DNA of 64,000 bases from NCBI RefSeq assembly GCF_009914755.1, contig NC_060939.1; one strand, given 5' to 3'. This stretch comes from the human T2T-CHM13v2.0 reference genome, Homo sapiens. The position numbers were made by a program, and so were the translations under genes. Positions 1-25,690 of this stretch are shown piece after piece; within the stretch, counting starts at the first letter, position 1, and each line of letters opens with the position of its first letter. The notes under the pieces were generated by a model that was not told where the DNA came from, searched no databases, and saw nothing but the letters and a program-made list of their open reading frames with translations.

Positions 1-249
1 GTGAATCACTGTGTCTGGCCCCAGATATTTTACTTATGTGTATATATGAGCATATGTGTATGTGTATAAATGTGTATACATACCATATATGTATATATGT
101 GTATACATGTCTGTATGTGCATGTATTATAGTTTAACATTGCCATCAAACTGCCAAATTTTCCTCTAGTATGTGCCAGTTTATACTCTTGCACTATATAA
201 GAATGTCACTTTCACTTCACTTCCAGTAGCACTCATTATCTTTTTTTAA

Positions 250-565
<316 letters not shown>

Positions 566-1774
566 ACATAAATTAAACATTTGATAAGCAAAAAGTGTAT
601 CATTTAAGTTTCCATTTAACAGTGAACAAATATTTATCACCCATTGTTTTCTCACTTGCTTCACAGAGAAAGCAGGAGTTTTCTTATCAGTGAAATAAGT
701 ACAATATTGCTCATGTGAGTGGAATAGTCCCACTGTTGGAAACATCTCTTGCAAAGGCTCAGCCTAGGTATGTAATGGTCCCTTATTACTCATCCCTAAA
801 TGAAGGCATTAAAATATGTGAGCAATTCATCAAATTAGTGTCAGCCATTAGCCTTAATTCAAATTAATGCATGAGATTCATTTCCTCCTGGCAAATCACA
901 TAGTACAGTGCTGAGGGAAAGAGAAAAGTCTGCTAAGACTGTTTGAGATGAGAGAAAAGGGTCAGATCTGGGCTTGACAGGAAATGGATCAATATGAAGG
1001 AGGTAATGAGTGGTGGGACCCAAACTAGGGACCTATGAGGAGGCTTCATGTCAAGGGAAAAGGGGCAACTATTGGGAAGGTGAGGCAGCAGAGAGGTGGA
1101 TTGAGGTTTGACAGCCTCAACATTATGCCTAGCCAGAGCTCTGTACCTTTGCATGCATCAGGTGGAAAGACTCACTGGCCTCCCATCTATCCTTAAGTCC
1201 CTTATGCACAAATGGGTTTTTGATCACCAGAAATCAGGACTGTGATTGAGGGTGTGTGCAGGTTGCAAAGATTTATGCATAAGTCCTATGTGGTATAAAT
1301 GACATCCCCTGGGACTGAAATCACACAAGAAGGCTGGCAAAAGCTGCATCTGTGAGGAGCATTGGGGAGGTGTGGAAGTGGGGCAGGGAGGTTTACCTAT
1401 TTTCAGGCACTGGGACACCAGAATCTTCACAACAATGGTCAGAAGGGATTCAGCCCAGAGAACTTGCTGCAACACCACTGAAGTAGTTGTTTATTTAGCT
1501 TGAGAACTTGATGAAATGATGTCGAGAAAGACTGAAAGCACAAAGCACACCAGCATTGAGTTTGACATTCATTTTACTATCTAATCTGTATGCCACAAAC
1601 CACACATACAGTATATTTCCTATGTAAATTTCCAGGTCCAGCTCACTAAAGAGGCGGGCAGAGCTATCACATGTTCTTTATTGTGGTCTTCGCAGAGGCC
1701 TCCCCTTTTGTCCTGCTCATGTTCTGTAGATGACCTTCTGTGGGTCTCAGTTCCATGTTGTAATGGCATATCCA

Positions 1775-1935
1775 AGTCCAGCTTCAGGGGCATGCAACCT
1801 GTGCAGTCACACGGGCCCCGAGCATAGAAGGGCTCCACACTTTGTTTAATGTTGCCATCTTGAAATTTTTTTTGAGCAAGGGGCCTCACGCTTTCATTTT
1901 ATACCAGGACCCACAAATTTTGTAGTTGGTCGTAG
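1775..1935. mobile_element. MER91-like hAT DNA transposon fragment
   Basis: Resembles the recalled MER91A consensus (gtgcagtcacacgggcccc...ggacccacaaatt). Confidence 0.55.
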
Positions 1936-2158
1936 TCCTATCTTGTTACCAAGGCTCTTGTTTCCAATATTAAAAAGTCCTAGAATATTCACAGTATAAT
2001 TGTGTGGTAAGGAGAATATGTTTGAAACCAGGGTTTATGTCTTAACTTCTGCCACATCCTAACAGTGTAAGTTTTGAGATACAAGATCTCTCTAAACCTC
2101 AATTTCCTCACTTGTGCCTAACTCATAATTTGAATTTTCTTTTTTTAGAAAATATTCA

Positions 2159-2805
<647 letters not shown>

Positions 2806-3148
2806 TTAGCATCTGCTTGGCACAATACGTGAAGAGACTATTAGCATATGATTATATAAATTTTACTTTTATTTTGTGCATTTATTGTGCTATTTAGTGG
2901 AGACTTTGCTCTCCTCCAACATGGTCAGTGAAATATTTGACACTAATTACCATGATAACAGTTCGTCTGATTGTGTGGCCCTTCAGACCCGCATCCCTCT
3001 CTATCTCCTTAATCTGCACACTGTTATCTGATCAGTGACTACTGAGTTCTTCCCCTTTGTGTTCCTTTCATTCAGTGTTCTGCATTGTTTTTGTGGCCAT
3101 GAGAGGGCTTTTATTCTGCAACCTTAGACAGAAAGAATAACTCCCTGA

Positions 3149-3473
<325 letters not shown>

Positions 3474-4003
3474 GGATACTGAATTCTTAAGGCATTCTCA
3501 CTGTTATCCACTTCACTGGCATCCCATGACAATTTTTATATAACACCATCAGGGATCAGTCCTATCCACAGCAGTGTTACTGGCTAACCAGTTCACACCC
3601 CACAATGTGTAAATCTGAACATCAGCTTCATTTAAAACATATACATGAGTGCGTGCATGCACACACAAATGCACAGATAAATGAAAATAGGTGTCAAAGG
3701 AGAACAAAAATTGACAGCCAGAACTGCTTCAGAAGTGTTCTGATGTCTACATCTCACATTGAAAAAATTAGGATGGACTGATGGATGGGCACAGGGATGG
3801 ATAGATATTTGATAGAGAAAACATAGCTAAATATTTTCTACAGAAAGTAGGTAGTAAGGACACGGGTACTCATTGTATATTTTTTCTTCTTTTCTGTACA
3901 TTTGAAAATTTTTATAATAAAATATTGTAGGGGGAACGGTAGCCAGTCATGTATTATTTGCTTACAGGGTCTACTAAAAATCAGGAAATGTAATAAAATC
4001 TAG

Positions 4004-4300
<297 letters not shown>

Positions 4301-4688
4301 AGATTTTTATCTTTCTATAAAAAATCTAAATTCTGGCGATACTGAGTCGACATGCCAATGGATAGTTGTAGCTAAGCAGCAGCTACCTTTGCAAGCAGCA
4401 TGAGCTCACCAGGTTTCCATAGTCCCTCCACTTCCTGTTATATTGCCTTATGTCCTTTCTGAGCCACTCATTTAGATTTCCCACCTGAACCCCATAGACA
4501 TTTGAGTTTCAACCCCTGTAAACATACTTATGTCAGAGGATTGATTATGGGATTACTCACCTGATAAAAGTATTCACCCCACAGTACATTTTCCAGCAAT
4601 TTTTGACTTGGAGCCTTTAAGGTTCTCCCTCAGCAATGTCTATAAATTTCCTGAAATTATAATGTAGAATATTATGCCTGTGTCCTTA

Positions 4689-4959
<271 letters not shown>

Positions 4960-5574
4960 TAGGTTCTCTAAGAATTCTATGATTCAAAAATAATTAAGAA
5001 TTACCATAAATTAAGGAGCTGTAGTGGTATATTTTAAATGATTCGAATAATAATTTTAAAATGCCACTCACACATAGCCAATCAGGTACACTGTTATCCT
5101 GGATAATAAGACACCTATATATCCATTTTAAAACCAGAACTGGTTATGGTCTGTGTGTGTGAGTGTGAGTGAGTGAGTGTGTCTAGCTGGTAAAGTGAGA
5201 TTTATTGAGGATGAAAGGCCAGTGCATATATAGTCCACAGACACTCTCTGTGATCCCAGCATTAGACATATAAAGATTATATGCCTACATAAAGGGCTGC
5301 TGATCTCTCCATTTCTGCTTTCTTTGCCATATTAAGCTCTTCAGTTCTGTCACTGGCAGTCTTCTGAATAATTTCGTCCCTTTGCTTCTCATTTTATTGC
5401 ATCTAAGTACATGCATAAAAGTCATAATCTGGAATCATATGTAGATGATGAGTTCCCAAAAAAAGATAATTGGTTTTTTCAAAGTTCTAGTGGCAGAACC
5501 AAGACAAGAACTTGTATCTTAAATTTAAACGTAGCTTTTAAGAAGTAGCAATTCTTTACTTAAATAAGCTGAAA

Positions 5575-6026
<452 letters not shown>

Positions 6027-6184
6027 CTACCAACTTGGTAGCTGTGGCCAGAAAAAACTGATAACCAGGCCCATATAGAACCACAAGGGACCCAGATTAA
6101 GACCTGAAGCTGCGCTCCCCAACCTTATCTACCTGTTCCTCCTCCAAACAGCTATCTACCCAGAAAGCTCACCCTTTTGACACT

Positions 6185-6935
6185 TTTGGGAGGTAATTAG
6201 GATCATATAAGGTCATCAGGGTGGGGTTCTGTATAGCAGTGTAAGAACAAACTGCTATAAAGAACTACCTGAGAATGGGTTACTTATGAAGAAAAGAGGT
6301 TTAGTTGACTCACAGTTCTTCAGGCTTAACAGGAAACATGACTGGGAGGCCTCAGGAAACTTACAGTCATGGTGGAAGGTGAAGGGGAAGGAAGCACCTT
6401 CTTCTAATGGTGGCAGGAGAGACAGGAAGAGAGAAGGGGGAAGTGCTACACACTTTCAGACAACCAGATCTCGTGAGAACTCACTTACTATCACAAGAAC
6501 AGCAAGGGGGAAGTCTGCCTCCATGATTCATTCACCTCCCACCAGGCCCCTCCTGACACAAGGGGATTACAATTAGAGATGATTTAGATGGGGAAACAGA
6601 GCCAGACTATATCAGGTCCCCATGATGGGACTGGGGGATTGATGAAAAGAGGAAGGGGGACATGAGCTAACATGTTGTTGCCCTCTCACCATGTGATGCA
6701 CTCTGCTATACTGTGATGCAGCCAGAAGACCTCACCAGATGCCACAGCCAGCTGACCTTGGACTTTTCAGCCTCACAACTGTGAGCAATATAAACCTCTA
6801 TTCTTTACAAATTACTATTCTCTGGTTTCTCAAGAACCTCAGATGTGCCTGGAGATAAACCTGCTGAAACTTTCCTCTTGGCTTTGAGGACTGGCCTGTG
6901 GTATTTAATTACAGCAACAGAAAATGGACTAAGAC
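6185..6935 (+). mobile_element. MaLR LTR (MLT1A-like) split by a nested MST/THE1-type LTR at 6230-6614 in opposite orientation
   Basis: Host ends aaatggactaagaca. Insert runs tgtatag...ctatatca with near 5-bp TSD ggttc/ggtcc. Confidence 0.8.
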
Positions 6936-6989
6936 ATTCCAATTTATCAGACTCCCTTTCATAGTCAAGCAGAAGCAAGAAGATGAAAT

Positions 6990-7190
6990 TGGGATTTCTA
7001 AATCTCAACACTATTGACATTTGAGGCCAAATAAGTCATTGTTTTGGGTCACGGTCCTGTGCATGTAGAATGTGTAACAGCATTTCTGGCTTCTATGCAC
7101 TAGATGTCAGGAGCACCTTTCATCACCCAAACTGAAGACCAAAAATGTCTCCAGACATTGTCAGATAATCCTGTGGGGTCAAAATCATGA
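6990..7190. mobile_element. MER20 DNA transposon
   Basis: cactattgacattt...aaaaatgtctccagacattg signature. Confidence 0.8.
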
Positions 7191-8700
7191 GTGGCTTTAA
7201 ATTATTGTACCATTTAATCTTACACCAACTCTTTATAAAGTTCAGAGACAAAATTCAAGATAAGGCTACAGAACCTAGACTAGAGCAAAGGTCTTTTATT
7301 TCTGAGGCCAGAGTTTTATCCACCACACCAGAGCTGCCCCCAAACAAGTGCTAAAAGGCTACTCGGCCAAAGTTCTTCTGATTTTTTTCTGCAGTGCCAA
7401 TACTGCGTCTTAAAGACCAGAACACACATTAAGCCCTTCCAGGCTGCTGTCTTTTTTATTGTACTTACTGCTTTAGTAGCTCAGCCTCACCTCAGATAAC
7501 TCAATTCACTCACCAGCAGATATCACTCCTACTTATTGGATTTTTGGATGGGTTTCACAATAGGTCTTCTTTAGGACAAGATGTTCAGCTTGTTTTTGTT
7601 GTTGTTGTTGTTGTTTGTTTTTCTTCTCAGTTACACAGAAGCATCTAATGCCTGAATACTAGAGTCATGTAAGATATAAGGATGCTCCTAACCAGGAAGA
7701 AGACAATGTTAACTACTGAGCAGGGAATTATGATTCCCTGTGGATAAGGGAAAACAGGAGCAAGAACGAGACACACTTAACAGAGATCTGATCTTTCCTT
7801 CCATCCACACTTGTTACAGGGTACTGCCCCCTCCAAGCCAGCAGGTGGTTTAGTTTTCTGTTACAGTGAAAGGAGAGTGTGTTTGCTCCCACAATATTGA
7901 CAGGCCAGCTGTTATTACTAGTGTTATCATTCACAAAAATACAATTCATTGTGTACCATCAGCGCTTAAATAGTATGTCTCAAAGGACTTTCTTTAAAAG
8001 GCCAGATTCACCCCTGGAGTGGAGCTGGGCCTGAGGTTACCAGATGTCTCTGCAAGTCATCTGAATTTATCATCTTCCCTAGTTCAGCCATCTGGCTCAC
8101 ATGCTGGGCAGAGACTCATTGGCTCCTTGCCAGAGGTCGTGTGACTTGAATACCCATATCTTAAACAAGTCTAGAATATGAAAGAGGGAGAGGAGAAGAA
8201 TTGATAGAAAGTTAGTCTTCACCCTTAGAATTCTGTACTTTCAAATTTTATTTCAGAGATTTGCATATCATTGATTTAGGGCAGCATTTTACACTTAATT
8301 CATCTTGATTATTTAAACTACAAAACAAGGATAGAAACTTAAGACATTTTATCTTGACTGTATGAAATATATAGGAAAATATGAGGGATGGAGAGGAGGC
8401 GCCTTCTTTTGTTTTGTCTTTTTCGATAATTTCCCTCCATAAGCCAGTTGGCTTATCTTTGGCAAATTAAAGAGATTAAGCTAGTTAACAAAACTTCTTG
8501 CCATCTGATTGAGTTCTTAGACGAAATGGCTGGGGAGGTTTATAAATTTTCAAAAGCCATCACTTAAACAAATTTACATAAAGTAATAGTACATGGAAAC
8601 TTCTTAAAAATGAATCTCTTTTATACTGTGTATGTGGAAGATTAGAAAGTCACACTATTAAATTTTTACTGCTAGGCAAATATTATATTGATACAATCTA

Positions 8701-9108
<408 letters not shown>

Positions 9109-9464
9109 TCAGGAACCTGGGATCTGCCTGGAAATAACCCTGGTGAAACTTTCTTCTTGGCCTTGAGGATTCAATACCACCAAGAATCAGTGGCCCAGCT
9201 GAGCTATAGCAAATCCAGTTGGAATTTAATTCAGCTGCCCCAAATCCTTCACAAACCAAATTCTGAAAATGGACCCACCTGACTAATTTGAAATAAAATC
9301 ACTTGAGCAAAAACCAGCTACCCAGAATTATAAGCCTAAGAGGACAGATGTGCCACCATTAAATTCAATTGGGTAGAACTAGTCTTAATCCTTTTCTCCT
9401 TTTGTACTTAATATTTTTTTTTTTATTTTTAATGATTTTTCAAATTTAGCTAGAAAGAAAAAAA

Positions 9465-10218
<754 letters not shown>

Positions 10219-11117
10219 CTAGGACCCTCCAGAAGCAGTGTTCTCATCCAGAGAGCCTGAGAAAATAGCCTCTCAATTAAGATTAATATCAGAGCACATA
10301 AAGGATAATGGTTTCATTAAATATTCAATTATAAGCCAAACTCCTTTTCTCTGGCTGGAAATACCTTCTCAATCTCACAAAGATTTTGACATTAGAGAGT
10401 AAAGGACAAGAAGTACAGACAAAACAAGCTTATAAGAATAGTATGTATAAGATTCCTGTCATCTTTGTGTGGGACAGAAAATCTAAGGAAAAGAGCTGGA
10501 AGTTGGGTTTTCATGTATTTTTATTTTTACCTTCAAATTAAGTCATAAAATATCTTACTTTAGTTGTCTGGGAAGATAATGTAGTTCATTCCCTTGACTT
10601 CGGACCCATTCCGGATATTTCTTCCAGTTTTCTATATCCAGTTGTCCCTGTTTCCATTTTTAGGCGAATGGTATATGATGTAAGATTAACCTTCTCAGCC
10701 ACATTTATGTTTCTTTCTCTGCACCTCACATTTATCCATTATGTTTATAGAGATATGATTACACTGATTCACTTTAGACCTCTTATCCCGTGTTCTATTT
10801 TAAGGTTTCATACATACACAGTAACAACAGGAGTAAATTTCTATAACAAATTTACTCAAAGACTTCCTGTTCTTATTTTCTTTGCCTTTTATCTCCAAAT
10901 AAATCAACCACTGTGTAGTTTTCATTTTGCTGGAGCTTAACATTAAACTCTGATCACTAGTAAAATATGTATACTCCTGACTGTGGATCTGTGGCTTCTT
11001 CCTATATCTCCCTTGAATTTGAACGAGGACTCAATATAATCGTGAATATCATCATGACATTAATTATGGCAAATATGTGTTAGAAACCAACTGTCTGCCA
11101 GATACTATGCTTACTGG

Positions 11118-11575
11118 ATGCGAGAATCTGCCATGGGCCCTGAGCATCCCTGTATGTTCTTGCTATGAATGCTGAGCTCTGACCACTCTCAAGCCAGGCC
11201 TTTTCTCAAGGTTGTGTCTGTAGTAAGTAACCTTGAGGGATGAGGTAGTGGCTGCTCTTGGAGAAGAAGGAGGCTTTTGTCCTGACTACGCAGTACTTAC
11301 CATAAAATAGTGACTCCTCAAGCTTAGTGTCCCTCTGCTGTAACTCAACCCACTGTGTGTGCAAGCATCTATCACAGGCCTCGTGTTGCCTCCTTAGGAC
11401 TTAGCAGACAGAGAACCAGTGCAAATGAACATGAAGCCCTGGCTGCAAGTAATAAAGTCCTTTGTTTCTGCCCCAGAAGTCTCATGTCTTCTGCTGGTAT
11501 CCTGTGGCAGGCTAACTTGTTAGCTTCTAAGTAGGATACAATTGCAGGAACGCCTCCACAGTTCCTGATCAAAAT
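11118..11575 (+). mobile_element. ERVL-class solo LTR (LTR47-like)
   Basis: aataaagtcctttg polyA signal and ggcaggctaacttgttagctt 3' motif. Subfamily from memory. Confidence 0.6.
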
Positions 11576-12439
11576 TTATACACTGATCATCACAACTAAT
11601 TCTCACAAAGCCCTCGCGAGACCCTTATCTTCCACTTGTCCAAAGTTGTCAATACTCTACTGATGATACTTTCCTTCATTACTAAGTCTGGGTCCCATTG
11701 TCAGTTCTCTTATCAGCACCCTGAACTCCATATGCTTCCCCTGCAAACACCAGGTAAAACCCACAAAGATGATCCAATCCCAGTGAAACTTCTCCACACC
11801 TACACTGTTGAGAGTAGTCCTGTTATGTGTGGTCACTGAAATCCACAATATCCAGACTCAGCTGAGCCCTTAAACCATTTATGATTTTCTTTTGCTTGTC
11901 CTTGGGCAGTTCTTCCTCTCACTCATCTCAGATGCTTAAACTTCACTATCTTCTCTAACTCCTTGGCTCCAGTGTTGTATTTCACAGAAAGCATCGAGAT
12001 TCCCAGGAAATAACTCCATCAACTCCCATTCACACAGCCCTTAAAGGTGTATCTATGTCCCCCTTCCCCACCAGGACCCCCTTCCTTAAGAACCCAAGCT
12101 GTTCAAATCAAATGTCCCCCTCAACCCCATGCTTTTGATCTACTCTCTGCCTGTTCATTTTCATTCAGCTTATGCTTGAATTCTCCTCAGCATAGAAACA
12201 TTCTCAAGACTCCTAGCCTGAAAATAGAAACCTTTTCTCCAGACTACTCCCTTTGGAACTCTTTCCTCAATTCTTCCCTTTTCACAGCCAAGATTACTCC
12301 TCCCCACCTCTTCACTGTCCACTCACTGCTCTACCAGGCTTCCCACACTTTGTACCACAGAAGCACCCTGGAAAAACTCAACCAAGATCTCCTAACTACC
12401 CAGTCCAGTGGATCTCTTTCTTCTCCACACACCTAAGTC

Positions 12440-12725
12440 ATAAGGATGAAGGGAGGGAAAGGTTAAAGGTGTAGAGGAGCAGAACTGGGTTGAGCTACCC
12501 AGGTTGAGGGACATAACCAGCTAGTGGTAACCTTGCAGGGAGCGGCCGTGAGAAGAAATGCCCTGATCTCACTCTCCTTCCTCCCTCTTACCTGGTGTTT
12601 GTGCTCCACCATGGATAAACTCAACTGACAGCAGGGGGCCCTGTTTATCCACTTCATACAAGCCAACCTCCAGGTCTGGAGAGAGCAGGGTGGAAAAGGG
12701 TGAGTGCTGGTTGGGAGAGCCAGTG
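12440..12725. mobile_element. Old ERVL LTR fragment (LTR33-like)
   Basis: ccctgatctcactctccttcctccctc...gagcagggtggaaaagggtg motifs. Confidence 0.5.
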
Positions 12726-12807
12726 TCTCCTAAATCTTATAATCCCTCGAAGCACACAGCACAGCACAGCACAGCACACTGTGTGGCACTGTGTGGGAAG
12801 ATCTTAG

Positions 12808-12870
12808 CTATATATATCTATATCTATATCTATATCTATATCTATATCTATATATATGTATATGTATATT
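12808..12870. repeat. (TATATC)n/(TA)n microsatellite
   Basis: Directly visible. Confidence 0.95.
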
Positions 12871-13454
12871 TTAAATCTTTAATAAACCATCTAAATTCTT
12901 GTCTTTAGAGACAAGAAGACAGCTGGTTGACTGTTAAACCTTGTCAATAGAGGGCACTAGAGAGACATTGCCTGAGGAAAGAGTTTTACTTCCCAGTTCC
13001 TAGCCTGCTACTCACAGACTCACTAAAGCCAGGTAATTACATAGCATGTCTATTTACCTCAAGACTATAGGCAGGAGGCACTAGATAAGTATTATAGCAG
13101 AATAACAATGGATTTCTAGTCTTAAATTCTATTATGAGAATTCAATATTTCAATAGGACTGTCTTGCATGCTTGACCTGGTGCCAGATCATTTGCAAACA
13201 TAGTTTCTTTGACCTTGTCAAAATCAATTGACATTATGGCAGAGAATTGGTGCTCCTGGATCTTCTAAAAATGGTGCAACTTGTAAATAGCTTTGAGAAT
13301 CACAACTCACTAAAAAGAATCTATTGAGAGTCCTATGCCATAAACCTTCCAATACAAACCATAAAAGAATATGAGATAGGTAAAATCTAAATCCTTTCAT
13401 CAAAAATAAAACAATTACAAGCAACACAGTAAGTACAAAGTGACACATTCCATT

Positions 13455-13860
13455 CATTACAGATGAATGAATAAACAAAGTGTGGCAACTATACAATGAA
13501 ATAGCATTTAGTCTTTAAAAAGAATAAAAGTTTGATCCATACTACAACATGAACTTTGAAAACATTACACCAAGTGAAATAAGCCAGACTCAAAAGGACA
13601 CATATGGTATGAATCCACTTATGTGAGGTACCTAGAATACTCAAATTCATAGACACCGATAATAGAATAGTGGTTATCAGGGACTGGGTAGAGATGAGGT
13701 GGACAGGTGAATGAAGAATTATTGTTTAAAGGGTGCAGAGTTTCAGTTTGGAAAGATGAAAAAGTTCTGGAAATGGATAGTGGTAATTGTTGCACAACAT
13801 TGTGAAAGTACTTAATGCCACTGAATTGTACACTTTCAAATGGTTAAGATGGCAAATCTT
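13455..13860 (+). mobile_element. L1MB-type 3' end fragment
   Basis: aagtgaaataagccag...aaaagttctggaaatggatagtggt...cactgaattgtacact. Confidence 0.85.
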
Positions 13861-13978
13861 ATAAGTTTGTAGATTTTTGAGTATCATCCTTTTATCTCTG
13901 GGAAGAAAGGCACAAAATAGTTCCGTAAGTCCAGAATTGTACTGTTTTACCCAATAGGTGGATTACCTACATGATTTA

Positions 13979-14648
<670 letters not shown>

Positions 14649-14714
14649 AAGGGCTTCAAACAAAGAGATCATGTATTAAATAGAAGTATTTTGAATAATT
14701 TGAGATTTGATCCT

Positions 14715-21140
<6,426 letters not shown>

Positions 21141-21150
21141 TTTAAAATAA

Positions 21151-21499
<349 letters not shown>

Positions 21500-21620
21500 T
21501 GATTTTCCTACCGTGCAATATAAGTCATCACATGGAAAAATGGATTTCATTTATTTTATAGTTTTTAAATGAGAAATGGCATGTGTTATGTTTGTTGATG
21601 ACATATCATAGTTTAATTAG

Positions 21621-21995
<375 letters not shown>

Positions 21996-22112
21996 AGGAA
22001 AACAATTCTTAACTCTGAGTCTCTGGCTCTTCCTCCATGAAATGAGGGTAATGAAGGGACCTGGGGAATAGGGTCATTGCAAAGATTAAGTAAGATAATG
22101 TGTGTAAGATAT

Positions 22113-22740
22113 TTAGCAGCTTCTCAAGGCTGTCTGCCTTTCTTGGTCCATGGCCAAGAGGCTGGCTTCTTTCTTCAAAGCCAGCACTTGTATCACTCAA
22201 ATCTCTGCTTCTATTGTCATACCTTCTTAAACTCCGATTCTCCTTTCCCCTTTGTGATCACACTGGGCTCACCTGGAAAATTCAAGGGACTCTCACCATC
22301 TTAAAATCATTAATCACCTCTGCAGAGGCCCACAGGAGGGAACATATTCACATGTTCTGGATTCTATGTTGTCACATTTGCAATGGACTGAATGTGTTCC
22401 CTCTAAAATTCCTATGTTAAGACTCTAATCTCACTGTGATGGTATTTGTGTGTGGGGCTTTGGGGAGGTAATTAGTTCATGAAGGCAGAGCCCTTGAGGA
22501 TTAGTGCCCTTATAAGAACAGGCCAGAGAGCCAGCCAGCTCTTTCCTCTGTGTGAGGATACAAGTTAGCAGCCTGCAACCCAGAAGAGGGCTCTCACCTT
22601 AACTCAACCCTGCTGGCACCCTGATCTTGTATTTCCAATCTCCAGAACCGTGAAAAATAAATATTTGATAGTTTATGGTATTTTATTATGGCTGCCTGGG
22701 CTGACAACATCTTTGGGGGGGCTGTTATTCAGCCTACCAT
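22113..22740. mobile_element. MLT1 LTR fragment with nested opposite-orientation MLT1A-like LTR (about 22379-22709)
   Basis: Insert starts tgcaatggactgaatgtg; host resumes with ctttggggg...ttcagcctacca. Confidence 0.7.
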
Positions 22741-23056
22741 GTCGGGAAAGGGGCAATTTGTAGCTTTACCCTTATTTCTATATTCTCTCCATGTAGTGGG
22801 AAGAACCCAATATATTAAAGAGACTGTTATAATCAATGTAAGGTAGGTAGGAGCAAATACAGACCCAGTTGGAATTCAAGGCTGAAGATGCCAAAGCAGC
22901 TACAAATATGAAAAAATAATCAGGAAGGGTGGCTTCATATTAAGGTCCACTTTTTCTTCCTACATAGAAGGAATTTTCCCAATTTGGAAATAACTCTCCC
23001 CAGTTCTCTCTTGTCTTTATATAAGGAGTCTGGAGGTTACCAAAAGTGCTTTCAGA

Positions 23057-23702
23057 GCAGTGGTTTGCAGCCTTGGCTGTACATTGGAATTAAGGCAGGA
23101 GAAAAGGGAATTAGGGTAACCAAAGATTAAGGCATAAGCAAAAGAACAGCAGGTGCAGGCAGTTCTAGCCAAGATTGGGCAGCATACAAGCCACATCCTC
23201 CTTCCTGTGATAACAAGACAGAAGTTTCCACTTCAGACTCTGATTGGCCTCAGGCCAATTTTTCATAGACTGCCACCAGTTGGAGGCCTCTAGAGGGCAC
23301 CTAGGGGTATTGCCAAGTTCTTTTGGCTTTATAAATACCCTGGGGAGCATTGCAATAGGGAGGCTCTTGAGCCACTTGCTCAAGTCTGCTCCCACTCTGT
23401 TAATCGTACTTTTGCATCTTCAATAAATTTATGCCTTTATTACTCTACTCTTTTATTTTGTCTTTTGTTGCTTCTTTTGTTGCTTTGTTTGTGCATTTTG
23501 TTCAATTCTTTGTTCAATACGCCAAGAACCTGGAAAACTCACAGTCAAGACGTTCTATCTAGTGATGGAATCACCTGGAGGAGCTTTTCAAAGATACCAA
23601 TACCCCTAAATAAAATCAAGATATCTGGAGTTGGGGCCCAGGCATGAATATTTTAAACTGTCCCTGGGTGATTCTGATGTGTTACTAGGGTTGAGAATCA
23701 GC
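23057..23702. mobile_element. MER5A interrupted by an ERV1 (MER4-group) solo LTR at about 23091-23567
   Basis: MER5A halves join at ...cattggaat|cacctggag; TSD (g)gaat; LTR has TATAAA, AATAAA and cgccaagaacctgga. Confidence 0.75.
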
Positions 23703-25339
23703 TATAAAGGAAGTAACAGGATTCCTCTTCCGGAGGCCCACAAAATTTTCTCTCTCTCTCTCTCGCAAATACTTCACTTTGTTCTGAGTATTTCTGGGAA
23801 TCAATGGTTTTGAAGGTTTAAACATTTAGAAGGTTTACCCTTGGGGAGCCCTCAGGACTATCTTGTACTTTCTCTTCTTCCACAGTCGTGTCAATACCTA
23901 ATCCACTGGAGACCAAAGTTTATTGATTCTTTTAAACTCTTTCTTGCATACCAGATATAAGTGGGTAATAAATAAAGTTTCTTGAACAACTAGTAATCAA
24001 GTAAGCTGCTGTAAGACTTTCTCTGCTGGGATAATGAACTCCAAATAATCGAAGGATCAATTTACCTCTAGCCTCTCCCCCAGGCAATTAAGATATTTAA
24101 AGCCTGAGGGCACATTTTAATTTCCGTCTTTTACCTTTCCTCAGTTAGAAGGCCCTTCCTCCTCCATCTCCATGAGTTGAAATCATATCTCTTGGTCAAT
24201 TCCTGTATCAAATGACACCTCTCCCATTAGCTCCTTTTTGTTCATCTTTTTCCTTTGAGCCTTTTTGTATTATCTTGATGACACTTCCCTCATGCTTCTT
24301 TGCATTTGTTAGTACTTTCCTTTTTCCTTGTGAATAGAATATAAAGTCTTTTGAAGTAGGATTATATAATAAAATATACAATCCTCTCATGCCTATTTTT
24401 CCTAGCAAAGTAATGCAGGTGAAGGGACATAAAAATTCCTAATGGACATTTTCTCTTGTAAGATTGATCACTGGTGATCTTCCCAGTAGGATAAAACCTT
24501 GGGGAGAAGATGAGTTTTCCATTACATGAGAAGTCACTGGAAGACTATATTTCAGGCCCATTGTTGACTTATAAATTCTCTAGATTAGAAATACTCAGAC
24601 CATGCCTGGAGAGACAGGTGAATCTTTCAGCATCCAACCTTAGATTCATCTCTTATTTCCAGACTACAGTACTGACTGTGGACTGTGTAGGGTGTAAACT
24701 GTCATGCGGTTTTGTTTAAAGTTGACTGTAAATGTAGTTCCAGGTTTAGCTGACCTGGAAGGTAGGAAATCTCCTAACCACCTACATTTTCAGCAGAGAA
24801 ATTCTAGCAAAGGCAAGGATTCATATCCAGGAAATCTATTTCCTTGCCCATCAGACTCTCTTAGACTTTCCCCATCCACCACACGGCCCTAGCCCTCGCC
24901 CTCGCCCCATCTTTCCACCCCTGAACTCCTAAGAACTGCTGAAAGACACTGCTATAGCTCTCTCCACTCTTCTGTGTCTGCTCAGTGGGGCTGATAAATT
25001 CAGGATCTGAAAATCCTTAAGTTAGATTCAGACTTCACCAATCTACTGAAAAACCCTCCAAAAGAAAAATAAATCCCAACCTCCAAGCAGGGGATCACCC
25101 TATTTACACTACTGGAAAATCATCCCTCTGCTGGCTAAGGATAGATGACCCCACACTGGGGCAGATTTGCCAGCTGAGAGCCATGGGATAGCAGCCTGGA
25201 AAGGAAGGCTTTTACAGCCCAAGAAAATGGAGAAGGACCTGCCTGTTCATGGGCCCTGCCACAGAGCTGGAAGCTCTTGAGTTTGGAGACCACAGACCCT
25301 TCAGGATTCAAACTCATTGAACCCCAAGAGGGGATATCT

Positions 25340-25690
25340 TCATCTGTTTGGCCTGCTATATAACAAAGTATCATAGACTGGGCAGCTTATAAACAACAGA
25401 AATTAATTTCTCATAGTTCTGGAGGTTGGAAAGTCCAAGACCAAGGTACCAGAAGATTTGATGTCTGATTTTCCTGCTTTCTGGTTCATGGATGACCATT
25501 TTCTTGCTTTGTACTCACATGGCAGAAGGAGCAAGGGAGCTCCCTGAGGTCCCTTTTGTAATGGCACTAATCCTTCTGCCCCCATCACCCAATTACCTCC
25601 CAAAGGCCCCACCTCCAGATACCATCACATTGGGGATTTTAATCTCAGCATGTGAATTTTGGGGAGACACAAACATTCAGTTTATTCAGG
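25340..25690 (-). mobile_element. MLT1A-type MaLR LTR
   Basis: ggcagcttataaacaacagaaat...ttctggaggttggaaagtccaag...gggagacacaaacattcag. Confidence 0.85.
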
